This document shows positions 48,552-58,227 of a stretch of DNA of 64,000 bases, piece after piece; the stretch's first letter is position 1; the number at the start of each line of letters is the position of its first letter. The position numbers and the translations under genes were made by a program. Origin of the DNA: Candidatus Woesearchaeota archaeon (GTDB taxonomy: Archaea > Nanobdellota > Nanobdellia > Woesearchaeales > 0-14-0-80-44-23); the NCBI GenBank assembly GCA_038874135.1, contig JAVZCZ010000001.1, forward strand, positions 224,001 to 288,000. Direction: 5' to 3'. The notes below the pieces were generated by a model. It saw only the letters and a list, made by a program, of their open reading frames with translations. It did no database searches and had not been told where the DNA came from.

Positions 48552-50048
48552 ATGAAGTTTAAAAGAGAAATTTTTATGTCTATTTTAATTTTGACAATTG
48601 GAATTAGCTTAACATTACCTTTTATTATAAGAAAAATGGTGTTGAATAATAGTACTACTCCTTGTGAAAATTGTAATGTTATCTTAATTACGTTTGATAC
48701 TTTGAGAGCTGATCATCTGGGAGTATATGGCTATACCAGGAATACTTCTCCAAATATTGATAAATTGGCTAAAAGATCTTACGTCTTTACAAATGCATTG
48801 AGTCAAGCGGGAGAAACACGTTTGTCAGTGCCATCATTTATAACCTCTAAGCTTCCTTTGAGCGACAATATATTAGACCTTAAATATAATAATTATGTGT
48901 ATATAAGCAGTTTACACCAAAATGAAACAACAATTGCGGAAATCTTATCAGAGAATAATTATAATACATATGCTGTGATGGGATATTCTGTAATGCTGAA
49001 TCCTAAAACAGGTGTCGCACAGGGTTTTAAAGATTTTGAATATGACTGCAGTAACAATCCTCACACATATAACATATGTCCACCAGATTGGGTTACGTTA
49101 AAAGCAATAAAAATATTAGAACAGAACATTACAAATAAACCATTTTTTTTATGGGTATATTATTTTCAACCACACGCGCCTTATAATCCGCCTTTAAGAA
49201 TATTCCAGAAATTCAGTAGTAATCAGGAATACTCAGATAAAGATCAAAATTTACCTGTGAATTATGATAAAAAGATAGGAATGCTATTGGAAGAAAATGC
49301 ATCAAAGAAGAAAAATTCACCGATTTACTTTCTTTCTGGTGCCGGAGAGTTTAAGTATCTTCATCTGAATGAAAGTGACATTCAATGGTTTATAAATGCT
49401 TACGATGGAAATATAAATTATGCAGACGAACAATTCGGGAGACTATTAATGTACTTAGAAGAATCAGGCTTGTTAAACAATACAATAATAATTATAAATT
49501 CGGATCACGGGGAAATGCTTGGAGATAACTATAACATTGGACATGGAGGATTAAAATATAGTGTATTGCATGTGCCTATAATAGTTTATGTCCCTGGGAG
49601 GAAAGGTGGAAAGATAGCTGAGCCCGTTACAAACGCAGATATAATGCCTACAATTCTAAGTTTGTTAGAAATAAAAACTGATCTAAAAATGATAGGAAAA
49701 AATTTATTTGAAATTAAAGAAAAAAGAGTGCAAATAGCTGAAGCGCCTAATTCTTTCACTGTAGTATATAAAAATTGGAAAATTTTATCATACTACTCTT
49801 CATTTAATGAAATAGAAGAAAACTGCAGTAAAAATGATCGCGTGTTTGATATACTAAAAGACCCACAAGAAAAAAATGGAAAATGGCAAAATGATGAACA
49901 AAAAGAAATAATTTGTAACACCTTAAAAAAAGAATATTTTAAGATAATAACAAACAGAAATGAACAAGTGGAAGTGACAGACGATACAAGCATAAATCTT
50001 GACACCGCTACCATAGAAAAATTAAAATCATTAGGATATGCCAATTAG
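48552..50048 (+). CDS. Membrane-anchored sulfatase-like (AP superfamily) protein
   Basis: NVILITFDTLRADHL, PHAPY, YDGNI.YAD, SDHGE, LHVP, DIMPTIL, KLKSLGY; Thr at the nucleophile position. Confidence 0.85.
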   Translation: MKFKREIFMSILILTIGISLTLPFIIRKMVLNNSTTPCENCNVILITFDTLRADHLGVYGYTRNTSPNIDKLAKRSYVFTNALSQAGETRLSVPSFITSKLPLSDNILDLKYNNYVYISSLHQNETTIAEILSENNYNTYAVMGYSVMLNPKTGVAQGFKDFEYDCSNNPHTYNICPPDWVTLKAIKILEQNITNKPFFLWVYYFQPHAPYNPPLRIFQKFSSNQEYSDKDQNLPVNYDKKIGMLLEENASKKKNSPIYFLSGAGEFKYLHLNESDIQWFINAYDGNINYADEQFGRLLMYLEESGLLNNTIIIINSDHGEMLGDNYNIGHGGLKYSVLHVPIIVYVPGRKGGKIAEPVTNADIMPTILSLLEIKTDLKMIGKNLFEIKEKRVQIAEAPNSFTVVYKNWKILSYYSSFNEIEENCSKNDRVFDILKDPQEKNGKWQNDEQKEIICNTLKKEYFKIITNRNEQVEVTDDTSINLDTATIEKLKSLGYAN

Positions 50049-50160
50049 AATATAATAAAAAAAATCTAAGATTTTAAGTTACCTGTGAAGTAGTAGGTTT
50101 AATTACAAATACAGGAAAATCGCAATAGCATTATAAGCTAAAAACTTTTTCAACTCAAAA

Positions 50161-51534
50161 ATGAAAATTTTACTACTCAACCCGGAGAGTTCCAGCAGGG
50201 AATTCAGAGATCCTCTACTATTAAGATGCGGAGGCGTTGAAAAAAAAGCACCATACCTATTACCTCCGATAGGTCTAGTATATTTAGCATCTTTGCTCTC
50301 ACATAATTTTTATGTTGAGATAGTTGACCGGGCAATCCAAAAAAAGAGTTTAGGATATATAAAAAATTTTGATTGCATAATCGTGAATGTCGGTTTGTCC
50401 AGCATCAATGAAGATTTGAAGTTTTGCCGAAAATTAAAAACAAAAAAGAATGTGATTGGCTTATGCGGCGGCGCACCTGCTTATTTTTCAAAAGAGGTAA
50501 TGAGTAAAGAAAAAGAAATAGACTTTATAATATTAAATGTAACGCCAGAACTTGTGAAGATATCTAAAGAAAACATAAAATCCAAAAACTTTGAAGGTGT
50601 GGAAAATGTTTGTTACCGAAAAAATAGAGAAGTAATAACAAATAGAATAGTTCCTCTCAGAAATATCAACAAGTTACCATCTCCACGCTATGAACTTCTA
50701 CCTAAAGGGTATTATGACATACTTGCAAAAGGCAAAAAAATTGCCGCAATTATTACAAGTCTTGGCTGTCCTTTTTCTTGCAATTTCTGTTCAGCAAATA
50801 CCGGCAAAAATTATTCTGAAAGAAATCTTAAAATACTTTTTTCTGAAATTGACACTTTATGCAAAAATTATGAGGACATAATCTTTTGGGATGATAATTT
50901 CACTGCTAATAAGAAGAGATGTGAAAAAATATGCGATTATCTAAAAACTAAAAAAATTAATTTCAGGTGTCTTTCACGAGCAGATGGGATTGATTATGAA
51001 CTTTTGAAAAATATGAAAGAAGCAGGATGCTATCAAATACAATTCGGAATTGAATCCGGTTCAGAGAGAATGCTCTCATTAATGAATAAACGCTTAAATC
51101 TTTTCAAAGCAAAGAAAACGCTTAAAGCGTGCGATATGTTAGGAATTGAAACAGTAGCATTTTTCATAATTGGCTATCCCGGAGAAGATAAAAGTGACAT
51201 AGAAAAAACAGTGAAGTTTATTAAAGATACTAATCCTGATTTTATTTCAATAAATAATTATATTAAAATGCCCGGCTCAACTGACCAACCTAAAAAAATT
51301 TCAGAAATCAAAAATGTGAAAAAATATAATGAAACTATTATTAACAAAATTTATCATGAATATTATTTCAATTTAAGTTATGTTGCAGCACGAACTGAAA
51401 AGTTAATAAGACATTTAGATTATGCTTCATTATTCCTGAAACAAAATATAAAATTCTGGTTATTAAAAGAGGGAAAGTTGTGGAAAGCAATAAGAAAGTA
51501 TAAAAAAATAAAAAGAGGATATATTAGCAAATAA
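50161..51534 (+). CDS. Cobalamin-binding radical SAM protein (class B methyltransferase-like)
   Basis: PPIGLVYLAS, TSLGCPFSCNFC, DDNF, FGIESGS, FIIGYPGE. Confidence 0.88.
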   Translation: MKILLLNPESSSREFRDPLLLRCGGVEKKAPYLLPPIGLVYLASLLSHNFYVEIVDRAIQKKSLGYIKNFDCIIVNVGLSSINEDLKFCRKLKTKKNVIGLCGGAPAYFSKEVMSKEKEIDFIILNVTPELVKISKENIKSKNFEGVENVCYRKNREVITNRIVPLRNINKLPSPRYELLPKGYYDILAKGKKIAAIITSLGCPFSCNFCSANTGKNYSERNLKILFSEIDTLCKNYEDIIFWDDNFTANKKRCEKICDYLKTKKINFRCLSRADGIDYELLKNMKEAGCYQIQFGIESGSERMLSLMNKRLNLFKAKKTLKACDMLGIETVAFFIIGYPGEDKSDIEKTVKFIKDTNPDFISINNYIKMPGSTDQPKKISEIKNVKKYNETIINKIYHEYYFNLSYVAARTEKLIRHLDYASLFLKQNIKFWLLKEGKLWKAIRKYKKIKRGYISK

Positions 51535-51547
51535 AGAGGATTGTTAA

Positions 51548-53140
51548 ATGAATAAGAAGTTTAGCTTAGAAACAATTGATATAATTTTTATAATAATTCT
51601 CCTAACGATTTCAACAATCATAAAAATTCAGACATATCCGGATGGCATCGCGATAGATGAAGCAAACCATTGGGCAGAAGTAAGACACCACAAAATCCTA
51701 GAAGTATACACAGGAAATTACAACTCTCCAATGCCTGAAAGCCCCCTCTTTTTTTATATAAACTATCTAATGATACGCATAAAAAATGACCTACTCATCT
51801 TCAGAATACCGCAAATACTCTTCTCATACGCCACAATAATACTATTCTACATATTCGCAAAAACATTCTTCAATCGATATACTGCATTTCTAGCATCATT
51901 TCTCCTAACTATCTCTCGTTCATTCAACTTAGTAAGCGCTTATGTAAACCCACATATTTATCAAATGTTTTTTTCTCTGGCTACGATAATAACATATATG
52001 TTAGCAGTCAAAGAAAAAAATGAAAAATATTTAATCTGGACTTTTATATTTGCAGCAATATGCTATCTTATAAACCCTTTAGGAGTTATAACAATTACTA
52101 CACTCATATTCTCATTGTTATTAGTCAAAAATAAATTCATTTATGTAAGTAAAAACAAAAGTAGTAAAAAATTAGTGGTATCAAAAAATTTAATATTTGG
52201 GTTATTAATATTTTTTTTGATAACGATAGTTATTTCACCTGGCCAATTTTTAAAAGGACGTTTTATTAAAGATACCTTATTACGAAGAAGTTTTATACAA
52301 GAAGAAAAAAGAAATATGAATATCCCTTCTTTTTCTTTTTCATTATTAATAACTTTATGGAATGTGAACGTGGGTTTTACAAAGGTCTTTATAATAATAG
52401 GAGCAATAGGAGCGATAATAATTTCATTTAAGAAAAAAATTCTATTGCCCCTTCTGATTTACCTTCTAACCTATTTATTCGTTATGTCATTTGCCAAAGG
52501 TGCTGTGACTTATACAGTTCATATTATTATGTTTTTATATATCTTTTTTTCAGAAATAGCATTCAAAATAATAAATATATTTTTTATTTTTGTGCATAAA
52601 GCTTTTTCAAACAAACTAAGTCTTATACAAAAAAAAGAAAGAATAAATACTTATTTAAGAATTTTAGGGCTTATTGTTATCCCGATACTTCTATTATTTT
52701 TATATGAAAGTGAAAAAAAATATTACAAATGTAATATGCAAACATCGCTAGGACACGAGCAAAGTAAAAAAGTGTATGAGTATATAAAAAGTAAAAACGA
52801 AAGCGGCGTTTATATACTTCTAGATGTTATTGCGAGTTCAATAAATTATTATGTAAGTAGGGATAAGGTTGATATTCATGTTTTTGGAATTAATCATTTG
52901 TCAAATTTTAGTTTAGAAATGATAAATGAGGCGCTTCCACCTGAACATTATTATTATGATTATATTGTTTTAGAAGATTATGATTATCTTAATAAAAATT
53001 CTAGTAGGTATACTACTTTTCAAAAAATAGAGGAAACATGTATTCTGGAAACAAAAATTACACGGTCAAGTTGTTTCGCTGATATTCGCAGAATGTCTAT
53101 TTTTAACTGCAAAAACATGACACTTACTTCTAAAAGTTAA
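51548..53140 (+). CDS. GT-C fold glycosyltransferase (ArnT/PMT-like)
   Basis: DE motif after TM1 (AIDEANH), PLFFY, R..Q..FS..T, many TM segments, extracellular C-terminal domain. Confidence 0.75.
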   Translation: MNKKFSLETIDIIFIIILLTISTIIKIQTYPDGIAIDEANHWAEVRHHKILEVYTGNYNSPMPESPLFFYINYLMIRIKNDLLIFRIPQILFSYATIILFYIFAKTFFNRYTAFLASFLLTISRSFNLVSAYVNPHIYQMFFSLATIITYMLAVKEKNEKYLIWTFIFAAICYLINPLGVITITTLIFSLLLVKNKFIYVSKNKSSKKLVVSKNLIFGLLIFFLITIVISPGQFLKGRFIKDTLLRRSFIQEEKRNMNIPSFSFSLLITLWNVNVGFTKVFIIIGAIGAIIISFKKKILLPLLIYLLTYLFVMSFAKGAVTYTVHIIMFLYIFFSEIAFKIINIFFIFVHKAFSNKLSLIQKKERINTYLRILGLIVIPILLLFLYESEKKYYKCNMQTSLGHEQSKKVYEYIKSKNESGVYILLDVIASSINYYVSRDKVDIHVFGINHLSNFSLEMINEALPPEHYYYDYIVLEDYDYLNKNSSRYTTFQKIEETCILETKITRSSCFADIRRMSIFNCKNMTLTSKS

Positions 53141-53376
53141 TAACAAGCAAGAACCAAATTAAAAGAATTAAAAAACATTTAATTCAAAAGAAATTAAATT
53201 TACAATACGGTGGTTAGAGTGTAACAAAAAATGATTAAAAGAATATACGATTTTGAGAGTTAAAAAAATTATTATAGTAAACGAATTAGAATTTAAACAG
53301 AATGGAAAAGTATATTCTAAAATTGCATATTTAAAAAACGAAAATTTTTATAATACTCATACAATATTAAGATTTT

Positions 53377-54498
53377 GTGAGAATCCTAATATTTAACAAA
53401 TACTGTCCTAAGCATCCTCTGGCTGGAGGAGCTGAATTCAGATTATATGAAGTAATGAAGCGCATAGCTTTGAAAGGTAATAAAGTTTATCTGGTGTCAG
53501 CAATTTTTCCCGGAGCAAAGCGAAAAGAAATTCTGGATGGCATTCACATCTACAGAATAGGCCTGAGAACAGCTTACAATACTTTGTTTGTTCACATACT
53601 TGGAGTTTTTAGTATGCGGAGGTGGGTCAATAGATTTAAACCAGAAATAATTTTTGAAGATATAAGTCCACTTCCGTGGTTTTCTCCCTTAATTGTTCCT
53701 AAGAATAAAAAGGTAATTATAATGCATCATTTAAATGGAAAAACATTCTTTAAAACTCAAAGCCTAATTAAAGCGGCAATAGCGTATATTCTTGAAAAAT
53801 CAGTATTTGTATTATACAAAAAAGAAAGAATTATTGTTATAAATAAGTATTTAGAAGAGAAACTCAAAAACGAAGGTTTTCAGGACATAATTAGAATAGA
53901 AGATGGTGTTGATACAAAAAAGTATGTTCCTAACAAAAGGATTAAGACAAGAAATCCGACAGTGATATTCTTAGGAAGACTAGATAAGAGGAAGGGTGCA
54001 CACCTGCTATTGAAAACATATCAGAAAGTAAAAGAGAGCATTCCAAATGTTGAATACTGGATTGTGGGAGATGGAGTTGAAAGGAAAAAGTTGGAGCAGA
54101 TGGCAATACGAATTGGAGAGCTCGGACACGGCATAAAATTCTTAGGATTTAAGAGCGGCAGTGAAAAGATAAGGATAATACAAAAAAGTTGGCTGATTGC
54201 AGTTCCCTCACTTGCAGAAGGTTATGGCTTAGCTGTTCTTGAAGCAAATGCCTGCGGAGTTCCAGCAATTGCAAATAATGTTCCCGGACTTTCAGAATCA
54301 GTAATACACGAAAAAACAGGCATACTTGTAGATTGTTCAAATACAGAAATATTTGCTAAAAGGATTATAGAAATATTAAAAGATAAAAAGAGGTTAGATA
54401 AGATGGGCGGGAATGCTCGCAAGTTTGCACTCAACTACTCTTGGGATGAGTGCGCTGAAAAAACCTTACAAGTGCTAAAATCTGCGGTGAAAGATTGA
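53377..54498 (+). CDS. Glycosyltransferase family 4
   Basis: HPLAGGAE, FLGRLDKRKG, EGYGLAVLEANACGVP. Confidence 0.92.
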   Translation: MRILIFNKYCPKHPLAGGAEFRLYEVMKRIALKGNKVYLVSAIFPGAKRKEILDGIHIYRIGLRTAYNTLFVHILGVFSMRRWVNRFKPEIIFEDISPLPWFSPLIVPKNKKVIIMHHLNGKTFFKTQSLIKAAIAYILEKSVFVLYKKERIIVINKYLEEKLKNEGFQDIIRIEDGVDTKKYVPNKRIKTRNPTVIFLGRLDKRKGAHLLLKTYQKVKESIPNVEYWIVGDGVERKKLEQMAIRIGELGHGIKFLGFKSGSEKIRIIQKSWLIAVPSLAEGYGLAVLEANACGVPAIANNVPGLSESVIHEKTGILVDCSNTEIFAKRIIEILKDKKRLDKMGGNARKFALNYSWDECAEKTLQVLKSAVKD

Positions 54499-55424
54499 CA
54501 AGCAAGCTTTTAAGTATAATAATACCTAACTTTAATGGAGAAGAGAGCATAAGAGACACTATAAAGAGTGCTGAGCTTTCAGCAAGAGGAATAAAGTTTG
54601 AGGTAATAGTGGTTGACGACTGCTCCACAGATGATTCTCAAAAGATACTTAAAAGGATCAATAGAAACGACAGGAGATTAAAAGTTATAAATAACATTAA
54701 GAGAAGGGGAGCTGCCTTCTGCAGAAACATTGGAGCAAAAAAAGCTGAAGGCAAAGTTCTTCTGTTTATAGATAATGATGTATTCTTGAAAGGAGATACT
54801 GCTAAGAAACTGGTAAAATCTGCGCTGCATAATAGAGGAGTATCTTTTCCAAAGATAAGATTTAGTAACAGAAGGATAATGTGGCCAGCTTCAAAAGAGG
54901 AAGAGAAATTTTTAGGTATAAGTGCATGTTTTGCTATTCCTAAAAAGTTATTTAAAAGAGTTGGATTTTTTGATGAGGCTTATGAAACATATTTGGAAGA
55001 TGCCGATTTCTTTGTAAGATGCAAGCTAAACGGGGTTGGCTTTTATTATGAAAAAAATGCCGTGGCAATTCACAAGGTGCCGAAATTTTACGATGGAACC
55101 AGAAGGTATTTCTTAGAGAACAGAAACTTAACATATGGGATGTTAAAGTTTTTGAAAATTCCAAAAAAAGAAAAAAGTCCATTCGTGTTAAGTTCACTTT
55201 TAAAAAATCTTGTCTGCGGATTGTTTAATTTTAGATGGTTTGATTGGAGCTATTATGATAGAAATTTAAACTTTAAAGAAAAAGTTAATTTACTTTTTAG
55301 AAAGCATAGAAAACTCTCTCAAAATTGCGGTTGCTTTACAGTACTGGTGTTTTTTGTAGGAATAATAACTGGATTGTTTAGATTTTTTATTTCAAAATCA
55401 AAAACAACATTTATAAATAAATGA
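54495..55424 (+). CDS. Glycosyltransferase family 2
   Basis: SIIIPNFN, VVDDCSTD, RNIGA, FIDND, GFFDE...EDAD. Confidence 0.92.
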   Translation: MTSKLLSIIIPNFNGEESIRDTIKSAELSARGIKFEVIVVDDCSTDDSQKILKRINRNDRRLKVINNIKRRGAAFCRNIGAKKAEGKVLLFIDNDVFLKGDTAKKLVKSALHNRGVSFPKIRFSNRRIMWPASKEEEKFLGISACFAIPKKLFKRVGFFDEAYETYLEDADFFVRCKLNGVGFYYEKNAVAIHKVPKFYDGTRRYFLENRNLTYGMLKFLKIPKKEKSPFVLSSLLKNLVCGLFNFRWFDWSYYDRNLNFKEKVNLLFRKHRKLSQNCGCFTVLVFFVGIITGLFRFFISKSKTTFINK

Positions 55425-55443
55425 GTATAGTTACATACAGAGA

Positions 55444-56268
55444 ATGATCGTCCATTACCGCAAAATAAAAGAAGATAAAGGTTTAATGTTTTTGAGAAAA
55501 AGCTGGTTGAAATTTAAAAAAGATGTTTTTATTATAAAAACTTTAGCGCTTAATGAGTTTAAGCTTAGATATTTAAATGCAAAATTTGGTTACTTTTGGT
55601 TAGTTATCTCTCCGCTAGTGATGTTATTAGCATTATACATAGTGTTTTCTAAAGCAGTTCATATAGAAGTTCCACATTATCAGTTTTTTCTGCTTTTAGG
55701 TATTGTAATTTGGAATTTTTTTTCAGAAGCCACCTTGCAAGGAATGAATTCGTTAATAAACAACAAGGGGGTATTAAACTCAATCTCTATTTCAAAACAC
55801 TACTTAGTTATTGCTTCTTTTATTGCTTCATTACTATCATTTTTTATAAATTTAGGCATATTTTTTTTGTTTGAAATGGTAAGAGGAATAACATTCAAAT
55901 TATCTCATCTATTGTTTGCGTTGACCATTCTTGAATGCGCACTTTTGGTTTTAGGGATTTCGTTTATTTTATCTGTCGCTTATCCACTATCACGAGATGT
56001 TGCACATTTGTGGAATATATTCATAACTATTAGTTTTTGGGTTTCTCCAATTGTTTACAGAGAAACGCAAATTCCAAAGCAATACTTAAGATATTACATG
56101 CTTAACCCGATCGCCAGAATAGTGAATGAGGCAAGAGACATTTTAATATATGATTATGTTCCTTCAATAAAACAAATATTTATTACTATAGCTATAGTTT
56201 TAATAATTTTTATATTTGGTTTAATATATTTTAATAAAAAAGTAGATAAAGTTGTAGAAGCCCTATGA
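55444..56268 (+). CDS. wzm: Polysaccharide ABC exporter permease (Wzm/TagG)
   Basis: FKLRYLNAKFGYFWLVISPL, WNFFSE, RDVAHLW, SPIVY, LNP. Confidence 0.9.
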   Translation: MIVHYRKIKEDKGLMFLRKSWLKFKKDVFIIKTLALNEFKLRYLNAKFGYFWLVISPLVMLLALYIVFSKAVHIEVPHYQFFLLLGIVIWNFFSEATLQGMNSLINNKGVLNSISISKHYLVIASFIASLLSFFINLGIFFLFEMVRGITFKLSHLLFALTILECALLVLGISFILSVAYPLSRDVAHLWNIFITISFWVSPIVYRETQIPKQYLRYYMLNPIARIVNEARDILIYDYVPSIKQIFITIAIVLIIFIFGLIYFNKKVDKVVEAL

Positions 56269-56277
56269 GGATAAAAA

Positions 56278-58215
56278 ATGAATGTAATAGAATTAGACAA
56301 TATTTCCAAAATATACGCTGCTAATAATTGTGAAAAAAGTATTTATGCTCTAAAAGATTTTAGTATAAAGATTAAAAAGGGAGAGATAGTAGGAATTATC
56401 GGACCTAATGGTTCTGGAAAAACAACACTCTTAAAAATAATTGCAGGAATTTTAAAGCCGGATTCTGGAAGGGTAATAGTTAAAGAAAAAATACTTCCAT
56501 TTATTGAGATGGGTTCCGGATTAAGATTAGAACTGAGCGGGAAAGAGAATATAAGAATGAATTGTGCCATGTTAGGAATACCACCTAATCAGATTGAAGA
56601 ACAAATGAAAAGAATAATCTCTTTTTCAGGATTATCTGAATTTATTGATGAACCAGTAAGAACTTACTCAAGTGGTATGAAAGCAAGACTCGTATTTAGC
56701 AGTTTTCTATTAAATGATTTTGATGTTTTATTAATTGATGAAGCAATTGCAGTTGGAGACGAGCTATTTCGTAATAAGAGTTTTAATTTATTACAAAAAT
56801 TAAAAAATTCAAAAAAAACTGTTTTAATCGTATCACATGACTTAAACATTATTCAAAAAAATTGTAACAGGGTTTTATACTTAGATAACGGGATAAAAAG
56901 AGAGTATGGTCCTCCGGAAAAAGTCATCAGTAAATATTTTGATGATTTATATAAAAGAGTAACAAAGAGATTTATCCAGAAATTTGAAAAAGTTGTAGAT
57001 GAACTTAAAAATTTAAAAAATAGTTCAGATGTGATTAAAGAAGAAAAAACTGAGGATGCTACTTTATTTGAAAAAATTAGAGCTTGGAGCGCAGAAAAAG
57101 AAAGAGAGAAAGTTTTAAAACGCATTAAAGAGTTAGAGTTTTGGTTAGAAGACAATTGTTACGAACAGATAAACATTTTAAATAAACAGTTAAGTTATAT
57201 AAATGAAAATTTAGAAAAAAGTAAAGATAATAGAATAAAATCTAGATTGCTGAAACAGAAAGTAAAGATATTAAAAATATTAGAAAGAATATTAACAGAA
57301 GATTATACACTCAAAAAAAATAATTTTGAAGAATTTAGTAAAGAGATAGTACTCTTAGTAAAAAATGGATTACAAGTAATAAAAGATAAAAAGAGAGAAT
57401 TGTTTGAACTTAGAAGATATAAAAATTTAATAGAACAGGAAGTGTCTGACAAAAGTGTCGTTAGAGAGCAATTAGATTATATTGAAAGTAGGTTACAATT
57501 GTTAATGTTGTTTGATGGAAGAGTATGCACTAATGATGAATTGAAAAAAATAAAAGAAACAGCCGAAGAAAATCCTCACGGCGGAATACAAATAGCACAA
57601 GATATTTTAAACAAGAAAGTATTAAGAATAGAAGAAGAATTAGTTCAAACAAAGTTCAGATTGGAAAATAAGAAAGAGAATTCTGTAAAATTAAAAAACA
57701 AGATGAAAAAATTAGAAAAACAAAAAGATAAAATACTAAAAATTCTGATAAGTATACAAAAACAATTGAAAATAAGAAGAGCAGAAGATACACTGAAAAT
57801 AATCAAGGTGAATTTGAAAACTAAAATCGGAAATACTTATAAAGAAACACAAACTTTTCAAACGCATGCAAAAATGAAAATTGAGATTGAGTATTATACA
57901 GAAAAAATAATTAAAGATCCAGTCTTCGGAATTGCTTTCTATAGTTACGATGGACGATTGATATATGGACCTAACACTGAGATAGACAAACTTTGTTTAA
58001 AAGAAATAGGAAGGAGAGGAAAGATAGAATACACAATAGAAAGATTACCTTTTTTGCCTGGGAAGTACATATTGACTGTAGCAGCACATACAAAAGATAA
58101 CTATATCCCCTATGATATAAGAAACAAAACTATAATATTTAGAGTTATGGGAGAAAATAGAGAGAACGGATTAATTCACATTGAAGGCAGATGGAAACAT
58201 TTTAGATATGTTTAA
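56278..58215 (+). CDS. wzt: Polysaccharide ABC exporter ATPase (Wzt) with long coiled-coil insert and C-terminal carbohydrate-binding domain
   Basis: GPNGSGKTT, YSSGMKARL, IDEAIAVGD, VSHD; about 280 aa of heptads; PVFGIAFYS.DG..I.GPNT...LPFLPGKY Wzt_C. Confidence 0.88.
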   Translation: MNVIELDNISKIYAANNCEKSIYALKDFSIKIKKGEIVGIIGPNGSGKTTLLKIIAGILKPDSGRVIVKEKILPFIEMGSGLRLELSGKENIRMNCAMLGIPPNQIEEQMKRIISFSGLSEFIDEPVRTYSSGMKARLVFSSFLLNDFDVLLIDEAIAVGDELFRNKSFNLLQKLKNSKKTVLIVSHDLNIIQKNCNRVLYLDNGIKREYGPPEKVISKYFDDLYKRVTKRFIQKFEKVVDELKNLKNSSDVIKEEKTEDATLFEKIRAWSAEKEREKVLKRIKELEFWLEDNCYEQINILNKQLSYINENLEKSKDNRIKSRLLKQKVKILKILERILTEDYTLKKNNFEEFSKEIVLLVKNGLQVIKDKKRELFELRRYKNLIEQEVSDKSVVREQLDYIESRLQLLMLFDGRVCTNDELKKIKETAEENPHGGIQIAQDILNKKVLRIEEELVQTKFRLENKKENSVKLKNKMKKLEKQKDKILKILISIQKQLKIRRAEDTLKIIKVNLKTKIGNTYKETQTFQTHAKMKIEIEYYTEKIIKDPVFGIAFYSYDGRLIYGPNTEIDKLCLKEIGRRGKIEYTIERLPFLPGKYILTVAAHTKDNYIPYDIRNKTIIFRVMGENRENGLIHIEGRWKHFRYV

Positions 58216-58227
58216 CAAAAAAAGAAA

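Noticed and set aside
48552-50048. Canonical formylglycine-dependent arylsulfatase matured by the radical SAM-SPASM genes (anSME)
   Set aside because: It lacks the C/S-x-P-x-R motif, and the radical SAM proteins lack the full Cys-rich two-cluster SPASM pattern of anSMEs
53141-53376. Possible RiPP precursor or ncRNA in the AT-rich gap (also 48276-48551)
   Set aside because: Only very short ORFs without SD and no stable structure; consistent with promoter/terminator DNA
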